A stretch of DNA of 64,000 nucleotides from a candidate division WOR-3 bacterium (GTDB lineage: Bacteria; Hydrothermota; Hydrothermia; JBDRYB01): the NCBI GenBank assembly GCA_039803205.1, contig JBDRYB010000005.1:32001-96000 (forward strand), given 5' to 3'. The translations under genes and the position numbers were made by a program. Under the pieces are notes generated by a model, which had not been told where the DNA came from, made no database searches, and saw only the letters and a list, made by a program, of their open reading frames with translations. Shown in pieces: positions 10,359 to 20,131 of the stretch (within the stretch, counting starts at the first letter, position 1; every line of letters begins with the position of its first letter).

Positions 10359-10428
10359 TGTTTGCCAGAATATTTTACAGGATGAGGATAAATAAGTTCA
10401 ATAGTATCAAGGACTTAGATTTTCACTC

Positions 10429-10459
10429 GTGAGCTAGTTGTGAGCTCTTTCATTAAAAT
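10429..10459 (+). promoter_or_regulatory. Putative activator-dependent promoter: heptamer direct repeat plus -10 box
   Basis: GTGAGCT-agtt-GTGAGCT-7 nt-TAAAAT upstream of 10488. Confidence 0.65.
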
Positions 10460-10487
10460 TAATGTCGTTCAGTAAGAGAGGTGTAAC

Positions 10488-11978
10488 ATGTATGGATTTC
10501 TAACTTGTGCGATAATAGCCCAATCCAGTTGGGCAAAGGTCTATGGAGATGCACGGGCCTGGCAGGGCGTATGGTGCTTGGTTCAGACCCCCGATGGCGG
10601 ATATATCCTCGGCACCAACAGCGCTGACGGCGATGGATATGCCACACTGGTCAAGACAGATGCAAACGGTAACCCTCAGCAGATCAGGAAGTTCTGGGCC
10701 TTCGTGCCGTTTACGGACATCATACCAACCGCGGACGGGGGTTACATAGCAGTGAGTCCGGACAAGTTTGACGGAGGTGTGTTTCCCGAGGTCGTCAAGC
10801 TGAACGCCTCCTTTAACCCTCAGTGGATATATTCCTACGAGCCCCTAACCACGAATGCCCATTCCCCATGGAGCGTTGTTCGGACACCCGATGGCGGATA
10901 CGCTATTGGGGGTTGGGGATGGTATCCCGGAGGCCAGCCCTTCATCCTGAAGCTGAATTCCACAGGCGGTGCTTCCTGGACCAGATACATTTACCTAGAC
11001 GGCGAACCCAACTACACCTGTTCCATGATCTCCACATCTGATGGCGGTTATGCGATGTTGGGAGACCACAGTAGCGGAGCCGCGGATGTATTCCTCCTGA
11101 AGCTGAGTTCTACTCCTTCTGTCCAGTGGGCTGTCTCAATTGGGGGGCCCGGCTATGAGGAACTCTATTTTTCCTCTTATAACCTTATTCAGACAGCAGA
11201 TGGAGGCTACGCCCTGGTTTGCTATACAGACAGCTATGGGGCTGGTTCCTGGGATATCATGGTGGTCAAGCTTGATGGCTCTGGAAACCTGGTTTGGGCA
11301 AAGACATACGGTGGGCCCGGGGATGATGGCCCTGAGGGGATACTCCAGACATCTGACTATGGCTATCTGGTATGGGGAGGCACTGGCTCGTGGGGGCCTG
11401 GCGGAGGGGATCTGCTCGTCATGAGACTTGACAACTCAGGAAACCTCATCTGGGCCAGGGTTTTTGGCGAGCCAGGGGTTCTGGATGTTGCTTACTCAGC
11501 GATACAGACCTCTGATGGCGGATACGCGATAGGCGGCGCAACTGGCGGGAGCGAGGCGAAGGCCCTTTTGCTGAAACTGGATGCGAATGGGAATTATCCG
11601 GATTGCATTCTTGATTGTCAGCCCTCCGTAACCTCCGTTACACCTGCTGTCGCTCCAACAACGGCTGAGATATACTCAGCGGATGTCTACAGATATACGG
11701 ATGATGCGCCCACAACGATTAATTTTACCACTATACCCATGTGCACCCCTCTAGAGCTTGAGAAGCAGCCCTCTAAGAACCCTGAGATGAGGTGCGCGCC
11801 CATCCCAGGCGGCCTCCTATTCGTAAGCGAATCCAAAATGATTGTGGACATCTATGCCCCTGACGGAAGGCTCGTTCGCCGGGAACAACTTAAGGAGAGC
11901 CAGACCCGGATTCCCCTTGACCCCGGCATCTATTTCTGGCAGGCCGGGTCATACAAAGGAAAGGCGGTGGTAAGATGA
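10488..11978 (+). CDS. Secreted beta-propeller repeat protein with short C-terminal sorting-like domain
   Basis: QTxDGGY repeats; tail IYAPDGRL...LDPGIYFWQAG...GKAVVR. Confidence 0.85.
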   Translation: MYGFLTCAIIAQSSWAKVYGDARAWQGVWCLVQTPDGGYILGTNSADGDGYATLVKTDANGNPQQIRKFWAFVPFTDIIPTADGGYIAVSPDKFDGGVFPEVVKLNASFNPQWIYSYEPLTTNAHSPWSVVRTPDGGYAIGGWGWYPGGQPFILKLNSTGGASWTRYIYLDGEPNYTCSMISTSDGGYAMLGDHSSGAADVFLLKLSSTPSVQWAVSIGGPGYEELYFSSYNLIQTADGGYALVCYTDSYGAGSWDIMVVKLDGSGNLVWAKTYGGPGDDGPEGILQTSDYGYLVWGGTGSWGPGGGDLLVMRLDNSGNLIWARVFGEPGVLDVAYSAIQTSDGGYAIGGATGGSEAKALLLKLDANGNYPDCILDCQPSVTSVTPAVAPTTAEIYSADVYRYTDDAPTTINFTTIPMCTPLELEKQPSKNPEMRCAPIPGGLLFVSESKMIVDIYAPDGRLVRREQLKESQTRIPLDPGIYFWQAGSYKGKAVVR

Positions 11979-11983
11979 GAAGC

Positions 11984-12042
11984 ATGGGCCGGCCGTGGAA
12001 AGCTCGCACCTCCCGTTTCGGCCGCGGCCGGCCCATATTTTT
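11984..12042 (+). terminator. Long GC-rich hairpin with CACCTCCC loop and short U-tract
   Basis: ATGGGCCGGCCGTGG (11984-11998) pairs with CCGCGGCCGGCCCAT (12022-12036), then ATTTTT. Confidence 0.65.
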
Positions 12043-12068
12043 GCCAAAACCAAAAAGGAGAAGAGGCT

Positions 12069-13514
12069 ATGATCTCTTTTGTAATGTCTGGCCTTCTGTT
12101 TTCTCAAGCCCTATTCGCATACAGATACAGGTATGATGGCACATGGGATGATGTCTATTCGCTTATAAGGGCATCCGATGGAGGATATGCTTTCATTGGG
12201 CCGTTGGGAGATAGGCTTGGGATTGTGAAGTTAAGCTCATCAGGGAGCGTGTCGTGGGCAGAATATGTATACCAGGCCGAAGGGGACCCTGATGTGGAAT
12301 ATGGGGGCGCCATAATCCAGACCTCTGATGGTGGATTTGCAATAGGCGCTTGCTCTATTACGGACAACATGCTCTTCATTAAGCTCAACTCGTCCGGCGG
12401 CATAACAAATTACTACAGCTATGGCACTAGTTGGGACGGGGCCAAATCTCTCATTCAGGACGGCACATACTATGTGATGGCAGGCAAAAGGATCAACACA
12501 GCAGATGGCAATTTCTTTGATTGGTATGTTGTCAAGATATCTGGTTCAAACGGGACTGTCAGCTGGGGAAGGCGCTTTGGATACGCGGGGGGCCATGATT
12601 CTGCGTGTTCAATACTCAGGATGTCCGATGGGGGATACCTTATTGGGGGAACCATGGGAGATCGGTTCGCGACTGTCAAGATAACATCCTCCGGAGGTTT
12701 TTCCTGGGCGAGGATCTACACTGGACTCACTGCCTACGCTACCTCTATGGTTTCTACATCCGACGGTGGCGTTATAATGGTTGGTTATACGGGGGGAGAT
12801 GTTCTTGTTCTGAAGATAGCCTCAGACGGAAGCCTCAGTTGGGCAAAGAGATACGATGGGGGAAGTTCAGAAGAAGGGTTATCCGTGATACAGGCAGGAG
12901 ACGGTGATTATGTCGTTGGGGCCTATACCTCCACTGGCCCCTTGGTTTTCAAGATAAGCCCTGATGGGAACACTGTAAGGTGGTCAAGCAGACTACCAAC
13001 GGTCGGGATCCACGGGTGGGCTCACGGGACCCTGGTTCAAAGTACAGATGGGGGTTATGTTTTTGGTGGATCTTGCGCCGGCACCGTGGGCAGTGATTTT
13101 ATGGTTTTGAAACTTGATTCCCAGGGCCAACATCCTAATTGTAGCGCGGGATATCCTCTCACCGTGTCCACACCTCAAATAACAGCATCATCAGAAACAT
13201 TTTCCTTAGTATCTGCGGCTCCTTCCAGAACCTCATACACGGGTTCTACTCCCTCTATTGTTCTGGACACGGTAAGACTCTCGTGCTCACCTACATACGA
13301 GGATGTGGAGGAATTTGCTGGGATCACGCTGAAGGTTTTTGCGGGGGGCGTGATCTTTAACTCTCCAAGTAATCTCCTGCTCAGCCTCTACTCTTCTGAT
13401 GGAAGGCTCGTCAGATATAAGGAAATGAGGTGTGGAGAGAACCGTATAAACCTTGACCCCGGCGTCTATTTCTGGCAAGCCGGGCCATACAAAGGAAAGG
13501 CGGTGGTGAAATGA
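12069..13514 (+). CDS. Secreted beta-propeller repeat protein with short C-terminal sorting-like domain
   Basis: SDGGY repeats; tail LYSSDGRL...LDPGVYFWQAGPYKGKAVVK. Confidence 0.85.
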   Translation: MISFVMSGLLFSQALFAYRYRYDGTWDDVYSLIRASDGGYAFIGPLGDRLGIVKLSSSGSVSWAEYVYQAEGDPDVEYGGAIIQTSDGGFAIGACSITDNMLFIKLNSSGGITNYYSYGTSWDGAKSLIQDGTYYVMAGKRINTADGNFFDWYVVKISGSNGTVSWGRRFGYAGGHDSACSILRMSDGGYLIGGTMGDRFATVKITSSGGFSWARIYTGLTAYATSMVSTSDGGVIMVGYTGGDVLVLKIASDGSLSWAKRYDGGSSEEGLSVIQAGDGDYVVGAYTSTGPLVFKISPDGNTVRWSSRLPTVGIHGWAHGTLVQSTDGGYVFGGSCAGTVGSDFMVLKLDSQGQHPNCSAGYPLTVSTPQITASSETFSLVSAAPSRTSYTGSTPSIVLDTVRLSCSPTYEDVEEFAGITLKVFAGGVIFNSPSNLLLSLYSSDGRLVRYKEMRCGENRINLDPGVYFWQAGPYKGKAVVK

Positions 13515-13530
13515 TAGGAGGAAAAGAAAT

Positions 13531-15051
13531 ATGTCAGGAATACATGCTATAACTATCATCCTTCTCAATCAGCCTCTCTGGGCAAAGGCTTACGGAGGAA
13601 CTAGTAGGGATTGGGCCTTCTCCGTCACGCAAATAGCAAATGGGAGCTACCTCATTGCGGGTGAGACATGGGGTTTTGGCGCAGGTCTTGGAGACGCTCT
13701 CCTCATAAACCTTGATTCTTTCGGAAACATAAACTGGGCAAGGACAATAGGGGGTTCTAACTATGACCCCGCATACTGCGCCATTCAGACCTCTGACGGT
13801 GGATACGCCATCGCGGGGAGGACCCAGAGCTATGGCGCTGGTCTTTATGACGCTTATGTTTTCAAGCTGAACCCAGCCCTCAGCCTCTCCTGGGCTAGTG
13901 TCTTCGGCGGAACAGGCCAGGATAGATTTCACTCAGTAGTTCAAACAGACGACGGAGGATATGTGGCCGTAGGTTCCACAAACTCTTTCACGGGCACATA
14001 CACCGATTTTCTAATGGTGAGACTGGATGCCTCCGGCGGGCTTGTTTGGGCAAGGGCCTTTGGTCAGGCAAACAGCGATGATACAGCCTATGCAGTGATT
14101 GAGGCGCCGGATGGCTATGTTGTTGCTGGGGGTTCTCGCCAAGGTATATATGGATGGGATTTTCTGGTCCTGAAGCTTGATGAAAACGGGAATCTCCTTT
14201 GGGCAAAGGCCTACAGAGGAGGAAACGATGAGATAGCCCATTCCCTGATAAGAACCCCGGACGGATGCTACCTGGTTGGTGGATGGACCCAGAGCTTCGG
14301 TGCGGGCAACTGGGATTACCTCGTCATCAAAATTGATGAATCCGGGAACCTCATTTGGGCAAAGACATATGGTGGAGCAGGCCACGATGATTACATCTTT
14401 TCGCTAACAGAGACCTCTGATGGTGGGTTTGCTATCGCGGGCGCGAGCTTCAGCTTTGGTGCTGGCGAACGAGACTTCCTCGTGATCAAAACAGACCCTC
14501 TCGGAAACCTTATATGGGCAAGAACATTCGGCGGAGCCAGCTATGACGAAGCCTGGTCAATAGTTCAATCGCCAGATGGGTGTTTCACAGTTGTAGGGTG
14601 GTCATGGAACTTTGGGGCCGGGAACTACGATGTGATAGCCATGAGGCTTGATCCCAGTGGAAATTATGCAGGCTGTGTTCAGCCCTGTAGCCCGAGCGTG
14701 CTTGAACCATCTCCGGATGTTATATCCGTTAGCGGATTATCCTCCCCCGCGCTCTCCACAGCAAGCCCCACCCCTTCAGTGGGAATACCTTCTTTAACCG
14801 TAACCGATGCCTGCCCTCCTCTTGCACATGAAGAACATGAGGACGCAAATCAACAGGAGATTAGGTGCGTTTCTGTGCCTGGGGGCGTTATTTTCTTCTC
14901 CCCGTTGGAGGCTGATATAGCAATATACTCCCCTGATGGCAGGCTCATTTATTCCGGTAAAGTAATGAGGGGACAGAACCGGGTTTCCCTTGACCCCGGT
15001 GTCTATTTCTGGCAGGCCGGGCCATACAAAGGAAAGGCGGTGGTATGGTAA
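13531..15051 (+). CDS. Secreted beta-propeller repeat protein with short C-terminal sorting-like domain
   Basis: WAKxYGG/QTSDGGY repeats; same tail. Confidence 0.85.
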   Translation: MSGIHAITIILLNQPLWAKAYGGTSRDWAFSVTQIANGSYLIAGETWGFGAGLGDALLINLDSFGNINWARTIGGSNYDPAYCAIQTSDGGYAIAGRTQSYGAGLYDAYVFKLNPALSLSWASVFGGTGQDRFHSVVQTDDGGYVAVGSTNSFTGTYTDFLMVRLDASGGLVWARAFGQANSDDTAYAVIEAPDGYVVAGGSRQGIYGWDFLVLKLDENGNLLWAKAYRGGNDEIAHSLIRTPDGCYLVGGWTQSFGAGNWDYLVIKIDESGNLIWAKTYGGAGHDDYIFSLTETSDGGFAIAGASFSFGAGERDFLVIKTDPLGNLIWARTFGGASYDEAWSIVQSPDGCFTVVGWSWNFGAGNYDVIAMRLDPSGNYAGCVQPCSPSVLEPSPDVISVSGLSSPALSTASPTPSVGIPSLTVTDACPPLAHEEHEDANQQEIRCVSVPGGVIFFSPLEADIAIYSPDGRLIYSGKVMRGQNRVSLDPGVYFWQAGPYKGKAVVW

Positions 15052-15069
15052 AAGCAAGGAGGACCTTCC

Positions 15070-16605
15070 ATGATGGGGATTGGATTGATCGGTTTGAGTT
15101 TAAATGCTCAAGCCCAATTCGCGAGAGGGTATGGAGGCACACCAAACGATTCTGTTCTCTGCATGATCCTTGCTTCTGATGGGGGCTATGCGCTTGTCGG
15201 CAAGACCACATCCGGTGCTGGTGGATACGATGTTTTGGTTATGAAACTTACTTCCTCAGGGGCCCTATCTTGGGCAAAAGCATACGGGGGCACCGGAGAC
15301 GAGTGGGGCTATTCTATAACCCAAACAACAGATGGAGGCTATGCGGTAGCTGGGTTTACTAAGTCAGGGTTGGATAGCACCGACTTTTTGGTGTTCAGAC
15401 TTGATGCATCCGGAAACCTTGCTTGGAGCAAAAGGTTCGGCGGGGTGAGAAATGACACTGCTTTTTCTATTATCCAGACTGCTGATCAAGGATACGCGGT
15501 GGTTGGGAGAACCATGAGAACCGGACAGACATACTCAGATGCCCTCATGCTGAAGCTGGATGCCTCAGGAAGCCTCGTGTGGAGCAAGGGTTTTGGAATG
15601 GGATCAGGAACCTATGGGACTTATTGGGATGATGCCTATTCTGTGATCCAGACCAACGATGGAGGATATGCTATCCTCGTGTGCACCAGGAATTTCTCAG
15701 CATACAACAGCGATTACCTTGTTGTTAAGCTCAGTGCATCAGGGACTCTCACCTGGGCTACGAGGTTCGGGCTACGGGATGCCGATACCCCAAGGGCAAT
15801 AATTCAGACCTCTGATGGAGGATACCTGAGTGTTGGATGGATAAGAAACACTGAGCTCAACTACTATCGCGATATGTTTGCAGTTAAACTTAATGCTTCT
15901 GGGACACCTGTATGGTATAAGAGCTACGGCACAACGAACTACGAGGCGGCCAACTCCGGAGTTCAGAGCTCTGATGGGGGATATGTTCTGGCAGGATGGA
16001 GAAGGGTTAGCGCCTCAGATGACCAGTTTTTAATTATTAAGATAGACCCATCTGGCAACTTCGTCTGGGGCAGGAGCTTCGGCGGCGCGGGTCGCGAGTG
16101 GGCGTATTCAGTGGTCCCAGGAAGCTACGCCATAGGGGGCTGGTCGGAAAGCTACGGTAGCAATAATGACGCTCTGGTGCTCAAACTAGATGATGATGGT
16201 AATTACCGCAACTGTGTTGATGAAATAACCTTCTCAGCATACACGCCAACTAACTTCGCTTACGCTTCCCTCAGCAATGTCGGCGAGGCAACTCCATCCG
16301 TTTCGGAAGCAAGCATGAGTTTAGCCACCACTGATCTCACGCGCTCCCCGTATAACATCTGTGAACCCGTATATGAGGGTTTAGAGGAATCCTCGTCAGA
16401 GCAAGAGATACGGATAACCTGCGCCCCTGTTCCTGGAGGCATTTCCTTCTTTACATCCGCTCAAGTAGCTCTGAAGATCTACACTCCCGAGGGCCAATTG
16501 GCGTTTACCGGAACACTTGGAGGGGGATGCAACCGAATAAACATGGACCCCGGCGTCTATATTTGGGAAGCAGGGCCATGCAGAGGAAAGGTGGTGGTAA
16601 GATGA
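15070..16605 (+). CDS. Secreted beta-propeller repeat protein with short C-terminal sorting-like domain
   Basis: Same repeat family; AAGGAGG SD; tail IYTPEGQL...MDPGVYIW...GKVVVR. Confidence 0.85.
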   Translation: MMGIGLIGLSLNAQAQFARGYGGTPNDSVLCMILASDGGYALVGKTTSGAGGYDVLVMKLTSSGALSWAKAYGGTGDEWGYSITQTTDGGYAVAGFTKSGLDSTDFLVFRLDASGNLAWSKRFGGVRNDTAFSIIQTADQGYAVVGRTMRTGQTYSDALMLKLDASGSLVWSKGFGMGSGTYGTYWDDAYSVIQTNDGGYAILVCTRNFSAYNSDYLVVKLSASGTLTWATRFGLRDADTPRAIIQTSDGGYLSVGWIRNTELNYYRDMFAVKLNASGTPVWYKSYGTTNYEAANSGVQSSDGGYVLAGWRRVSASDDQFLIIKIDPSGNFVWGRSFGGAGREWAYSVVPGSYAIGGWSESYGSNNDALVLKLDDDGNYRNCVDEITFSAYTPTNFAYASLSNVGEATPSVSEASMSLATTDLTRSPYNICEPVYEGLEESSSEQEIRITCAPVPGGISFFTSAQVALKIYTPEGQLAFTGTLGGGCNRINMDPGVYIWEAGPCRGKVVVR

Positions 16606-16612
16606 GAACAAA

Positions 16613-16661
16613 GGGCTGGCTGTGGTTTTATTGCACCCTCCGTTTTTGCTGCAGCTGGCCC
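16613..16661 (+). other. Intergenic hairpin homologous to 11984-12036, with C-rich loop
   Basis: GGGCTGGCTGTGG / CTGCAGCTGGCCC fully paired on + strand using four G-U pairs; loop contains CACCCTCCG. Confidence 0.6.
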
Positions 16662-16696
16662 GTGTTTAGAAAGCGAAAACCAACGGAGGTTTTGTC

Positions 16697-18229
16697 ATGA
16701 TAGGATATATCTTGGTAACATGCGTAGCGCAAGTCATAGGCACCTGGCCTATGTGGGGAGGAGATCTCGCCCACTCATCGGTCCAGATTATGAGAGGAGC
16801 TATAACCAGTCCTGTTATAAAGTGGCGCTTCGCTACCGGTTGGTATAACGGGCCTTGGCAGTTTTCCGCTATAGCTGATTGCGATGGTGATGGATCTGCA
16901 GAGGTGATATTGGGCAGTTGGGACCACAATCTCTATTGTCTCAATGGTTCAAATGGGGCCCTGGAGTGGTCGTTTACCACAGGCGATAGAGTGTATAGCT
17001 CTCCGGCAGTAGCAGATGTTGATGGAGATGGAACCGCGGAGGTTGTGGTAGGCAGCTGGGATCATAATGTCTATTGTCTCCGCGGTTCAAATGGAACCGC
17101 AAAGTGGATCTTCTCGACAGGAAACCAGGTGTATAACTCCGCGGCCATAGCTGATGTTGATGGAGATGGAAGCTCTGAGGTTATTATAGGTAGTTGGGAC
17201 AATAAAGTTTATTGCCTTCGCGGGTCAGATGGAACCCCAAAGTGGGAGTTTATAGAAGGGGGACGGATCTGGAGCACAGCGGCAGTAGCTGATGTGGATG
17301 GAGACGGAACCACAGAGGTTGTGATAGGGAGTTTGGATGATGCCAATGTTTTCTGTATCAGAGGAACAGACGGGTCTCAAAAGTGGGCGTTTACCACCGG
17401 AAACGATGTATATTCCTCTCCTGTTCTAGATGATGTGAACGGAGATGGAAAGATTGAGGTGGTCATGGGAAGCAACGATAATAAGATCTACTGCCTCCGG
17501 GGTTCAGACGGAACCCAGATGTGGAGTTTCACAACGGGGGGCGATGTGATGGGCTCCCCAGTCATAGCGGATTGCGACGGAGACGGGGCTAAAGAGGTAA
17601 TAATAGGTAGTATGGATAGTAAAGTGTATTGTCTCCGCGGCTCAGATGGAACCCAGAAGTGGTCAGTCTCTTTTCCAGGAGGCGTTCACTCTCCCGGCGC
17701 TCTCGCGGACATAGACGGAGATGGAAGGTTTGAATTTTTAGTTTCTCAAATCGGTGTATCTCCTGATACCCTCTACTGTATAAACGCTGAAAACGGTTCC
17801 ATAGCCTGGAAAAGGGCTCTAGCTTATGAAGTCAACTCACCTTTTGCCGGGGATATAGATGGAGATGGTTGTATAGAGGTGATAGCGACGACCTTAGAAT
17901 CTGATCCTCAGGGTTACAGTGTTTTTGCTATTGATGATCCTGGCAATACAACTAATTGTGGAATCCTATATGGAGACGCAAAAGAGGGTTCAAACCGTGG
18001 CTCTCTTGAGTTCAAGGCCAAGGGGAGTTCTATATACCTTTCTATCCCATCCGAAGCTTGGGTTTCCCTTGTTCTGTATGATGTTTCGGGTAAGTTATTC
18101 CAGAAAATATATGAGGGTGTCCTGAGCCAAGGGGATCACATCCTCATAGCTAGAACAGGGGCCAAAGGGGTCTACTTCGCGGTTCTTAAGTATCAGGGAG
18201 AGGTGAGGATCCTGAAAGTGGTAAGGTGA
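16697..18229 (+). CDS. FG-GAP/PQQ-like beta-propeller protein (Ca-binding DxDGDG loops) with T9SS-like tail
   Basis: Repeats of SSPAVADVDGDG-EVVVGS-D-VYCL-GS-G-W; tail LYDVSGK...GVYFAVL...KVVR. Confidence 0.88.
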   Translation: MIGYILVTCVAQVIGTWPMWGGDLAHSSVQIMRGAITSPVIKWRFATGWYNGPWQFSAIADCDGDGSAEVILGSWDHNLYCLNGSNGALEWSFTTGDRVYSSPAVADVDGDGTAEVVVGSWDHNVYCLRGSNGTAKWIFSTGNQVYNSAAIADVDGDGSSEVIIGSWDNKVYCLRGSDGTPKWEFIEGGRIWSTAAVADVDGDGTTEVVIGSLDDANVFCIRGTDGSQKWAFTTGNDVYSSPVLDDVNGDGKIEVVMGSNDNKIYCLRGSDGTQMWSFTTGGDVMGSPVIADCDGDGAKEVIIGSMDSKVYCLRGSDGTQKWSVSFPGGVHSPGALADIDGDGRFEFLVSQIGVSPDTLYCINAENGSIAWKRALAYEVNSPFAGDIDGDGCIEVIATTLESDPQGYSVFAIDDPGNTTNCGILYGDAKEGSNRGSLEFKAKGSSIYLSIPSEAWVSLVLYDVSGKLFQKIYEGVLSQGDHILIARTGAKGVYFAVLKYQGEVRILKVVR

Positions 18230-18341
18230 ACATGACCAACACAAAGGAAAGGAGCCTCGTAGTTTCTCAGGGCCGGTGCATATCTACATATCTCTGGAAG
18301 GCCTGGCCACTTGTTAAGATAAAAACAACGGAGGTTTTATC

Positions 18342-19856
18342 ATGACAGGGCTTTTGATCTTAGCCGCAGTAGGGCAGTTGTCCCAATTCGTCACGCGCTT
18401 AGGTGCAGGAATAAGCCGCCATTTCTCCGTTTCCCAGTTGTCCGACGGAGGATATGTCTGCTCGGGGAACACCGTGGTAATGGGTTACAGGTTTGTCATC
18501 TGCAGATTCGATCAGAACGGCAACCTATCCTGGTATTACAACATAAGGAGAAGCCCCTCGGCGAGCGAAGACCCAGGGGGCCAATCGTTCGCAAGAACAT
18601 CCGATGGAGGATTTGTGGTGACTGGCCAGGTCGCATACATGAACACCAATGATCTCGGCCTCGCTAAGTTCACCTCTACAGGGACCCTCAGCTGGATGAT
18701 CTCGCTTAGCTTGAGTAATTCTTCGGACTTTGGCTATTCGGTGATAGAGACATCGGACAACGGTTTGGTTATCACGGGATACACGGATACTGATATACTT
18801 CTAACCAAATTTAACTCATCCGGAACGCACCTGTGGACCAAGACCATCGGCGGTTCGGGGACAGAGGGGGGCCGAAGCGTTATAGAGACATCTGACGGCG
18901 GCCTGGCTCTGGTTGGATATACGAACAGTTGGGGAGCAGGAAACTATGACATCATCCTTTGCAAGCTGAACTCCGCGGGCGATCTTCAGTGGACGAGGAC
19001 GCTGGGTGGGCCAGAAGACGATCTGGGATACTGCGTAGTTCAAAGTGCCGATGGCGGATTTGTCATTTCCGGATACACGGAGAACTTTGGCGCTGTGGGC
19101 GGCGATAACATACTGGCCAAGTTTGATGGGTCAGGAAATTACCTTTGGAGTGTGGTCTTTGGCTACGGAACAACACTCGACACCCTCTCCTCCGTAGCTG
19201 AGGGAGCCGGCAGTATACTTGGTGTTGTCTCCTGGAACACGCCCGATGTCTTCACCTTGCACATCCCTTTTGCCCGGTTTGACGCAAATGGCAACTTCAT
19301 TAGCGCCTGGAACCCTATGGTAAACGCGGTCGGACCTTCGGAAACCCGTTATTGTTATCCTGGTATAGCAAAGACCTCTGACGGTGGTTTTGTGACCGTT
19401 GGGAGGGATCTTCTCATAAAATACGACGCTTCAGGCTCTACATGCATGGGTTCTGCCGTGACCCCAAACCTGATTTATCCCAGTCCGACCATAACAACTC
19501 TCACATTGTCCGCAACATCCACTACGCCGAGCGTGAGCCCCCTCAGCTATTCCAGGGAGAACCCCTCTCCTGGCCAGACATGGCCTTGTAATCCTCTTGG
19601 GGAAGAGGAAAGCTCGTCTGGTCAGAGCGTTGCTCTTATTTCAGAGCATGGGGTGCTCCGAGTCAATCTACCCCAGGGAAGCTATGTTCGGCTTTCTTTA
19701 TATGAATCTACGGGTCGACTGGCGGTAAACCTATACGAGGGTTTTATGAGCCAGGGGGAACACATCTTCACGCCCGAACTTGAGAGTGGAGAGATATACT
19801 TGGCTGTGCTCGTATATGGGGGCAGAATTGCGACAACCAAGATAGCGAGTCCATAG
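18342..19856 (+). CDS. Secreted beta-propeller repeat protein with T9SS-like tail
   Basis: ETSDGG repeats; tail LSLYESTGRL...IYLAVL...TTKI. Confidence 0.83.
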   Translation: MTGLLILAAVGQLSQFVTRLGAGISRHFSVSQLSDGGYVCSGNTVVMGYRFVICRFDQNGNLSWYYNIRRSPSASEDPGGQSFARTSDGGFVVTGQVAYMNTNDLGLAKFTSTGTLSWMISLSLSNSSDFGYSVIETSDNGLVITGYTDTDILLTKFNSSGTHLWTKTIGGSGTEGGRSVIETSDGGLALVGYTNSWGAGNYDIILCKLNSAGDLQWTRTLGGPEDDLGYCVVQSADGGFVISGYTENFGAVGGDNILAKFDGSGNYLWSVVFGYGTTLDTLSSVAEGAGSILGVVSWNTPDVFTLHIPFARFDANGNFISAWNPMVNAVGPSETRYCYPGIAKTSDGGFVTVGRDLLIKYDASGSTCMGSAVTPNLIYPSPTITTLTLSATSTTPSVSPLSYSRENPSPGQTWPCNPLGEEESSSGQSVALISEHGVLRVNLPQGSYVRLSLYESTGRLAVNLYEGFMSQGEHIFTPELESGEIYLAVLVYGGRIATTKIASP

Positions 19857-20131
19857 GCTCTTACCCGACCCATTCCATACCCCCCAGGATTAAAGGCCTG
19901 GCCCATGGACTTCGCAATCTGGTAGGGCTTCTGAGATTATGGCAAAGACCAGAAGCCTCTCGGCTGTCTCTCTCAGGCATGGCGGTCCATGAGGCGGGTG
20001 AACATTTTATTATGAGGACATAATTTCAGACCGGGCTCAGAGGCCAACTTTTCTGCTAGGGGGTTAAATATGTGTCATCAAAGGTTCCTTAAGTGTTGTT
20101 TTCGGGCCCCTCTGCTCCTTAAAATTTCACA

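Larger units (their letters stand above)
11915..15044 (+). repeat. 57-nt near-identical 3' gene-end block at 11915-11971, 13451-13507 and 14988-15044 (looser copy near 16545-16600)
   Basis: CCTTGACCCCGGYRTCTATTTCTGGCARGCCGGGYCATACAAAGGAAAGGCGGTGGT; 2-3 mismatches between copies. Confidence 0.9.

Noticed and set aside
10488..19856. Integron cassette array or diversity-generating retroelement explanation for the propeller array
   Set aside because: No attC-type RYYYAAC/GTTRRRY boundaries, integrase, reverse transcriptase or adenine-specific TR/VR pair seen
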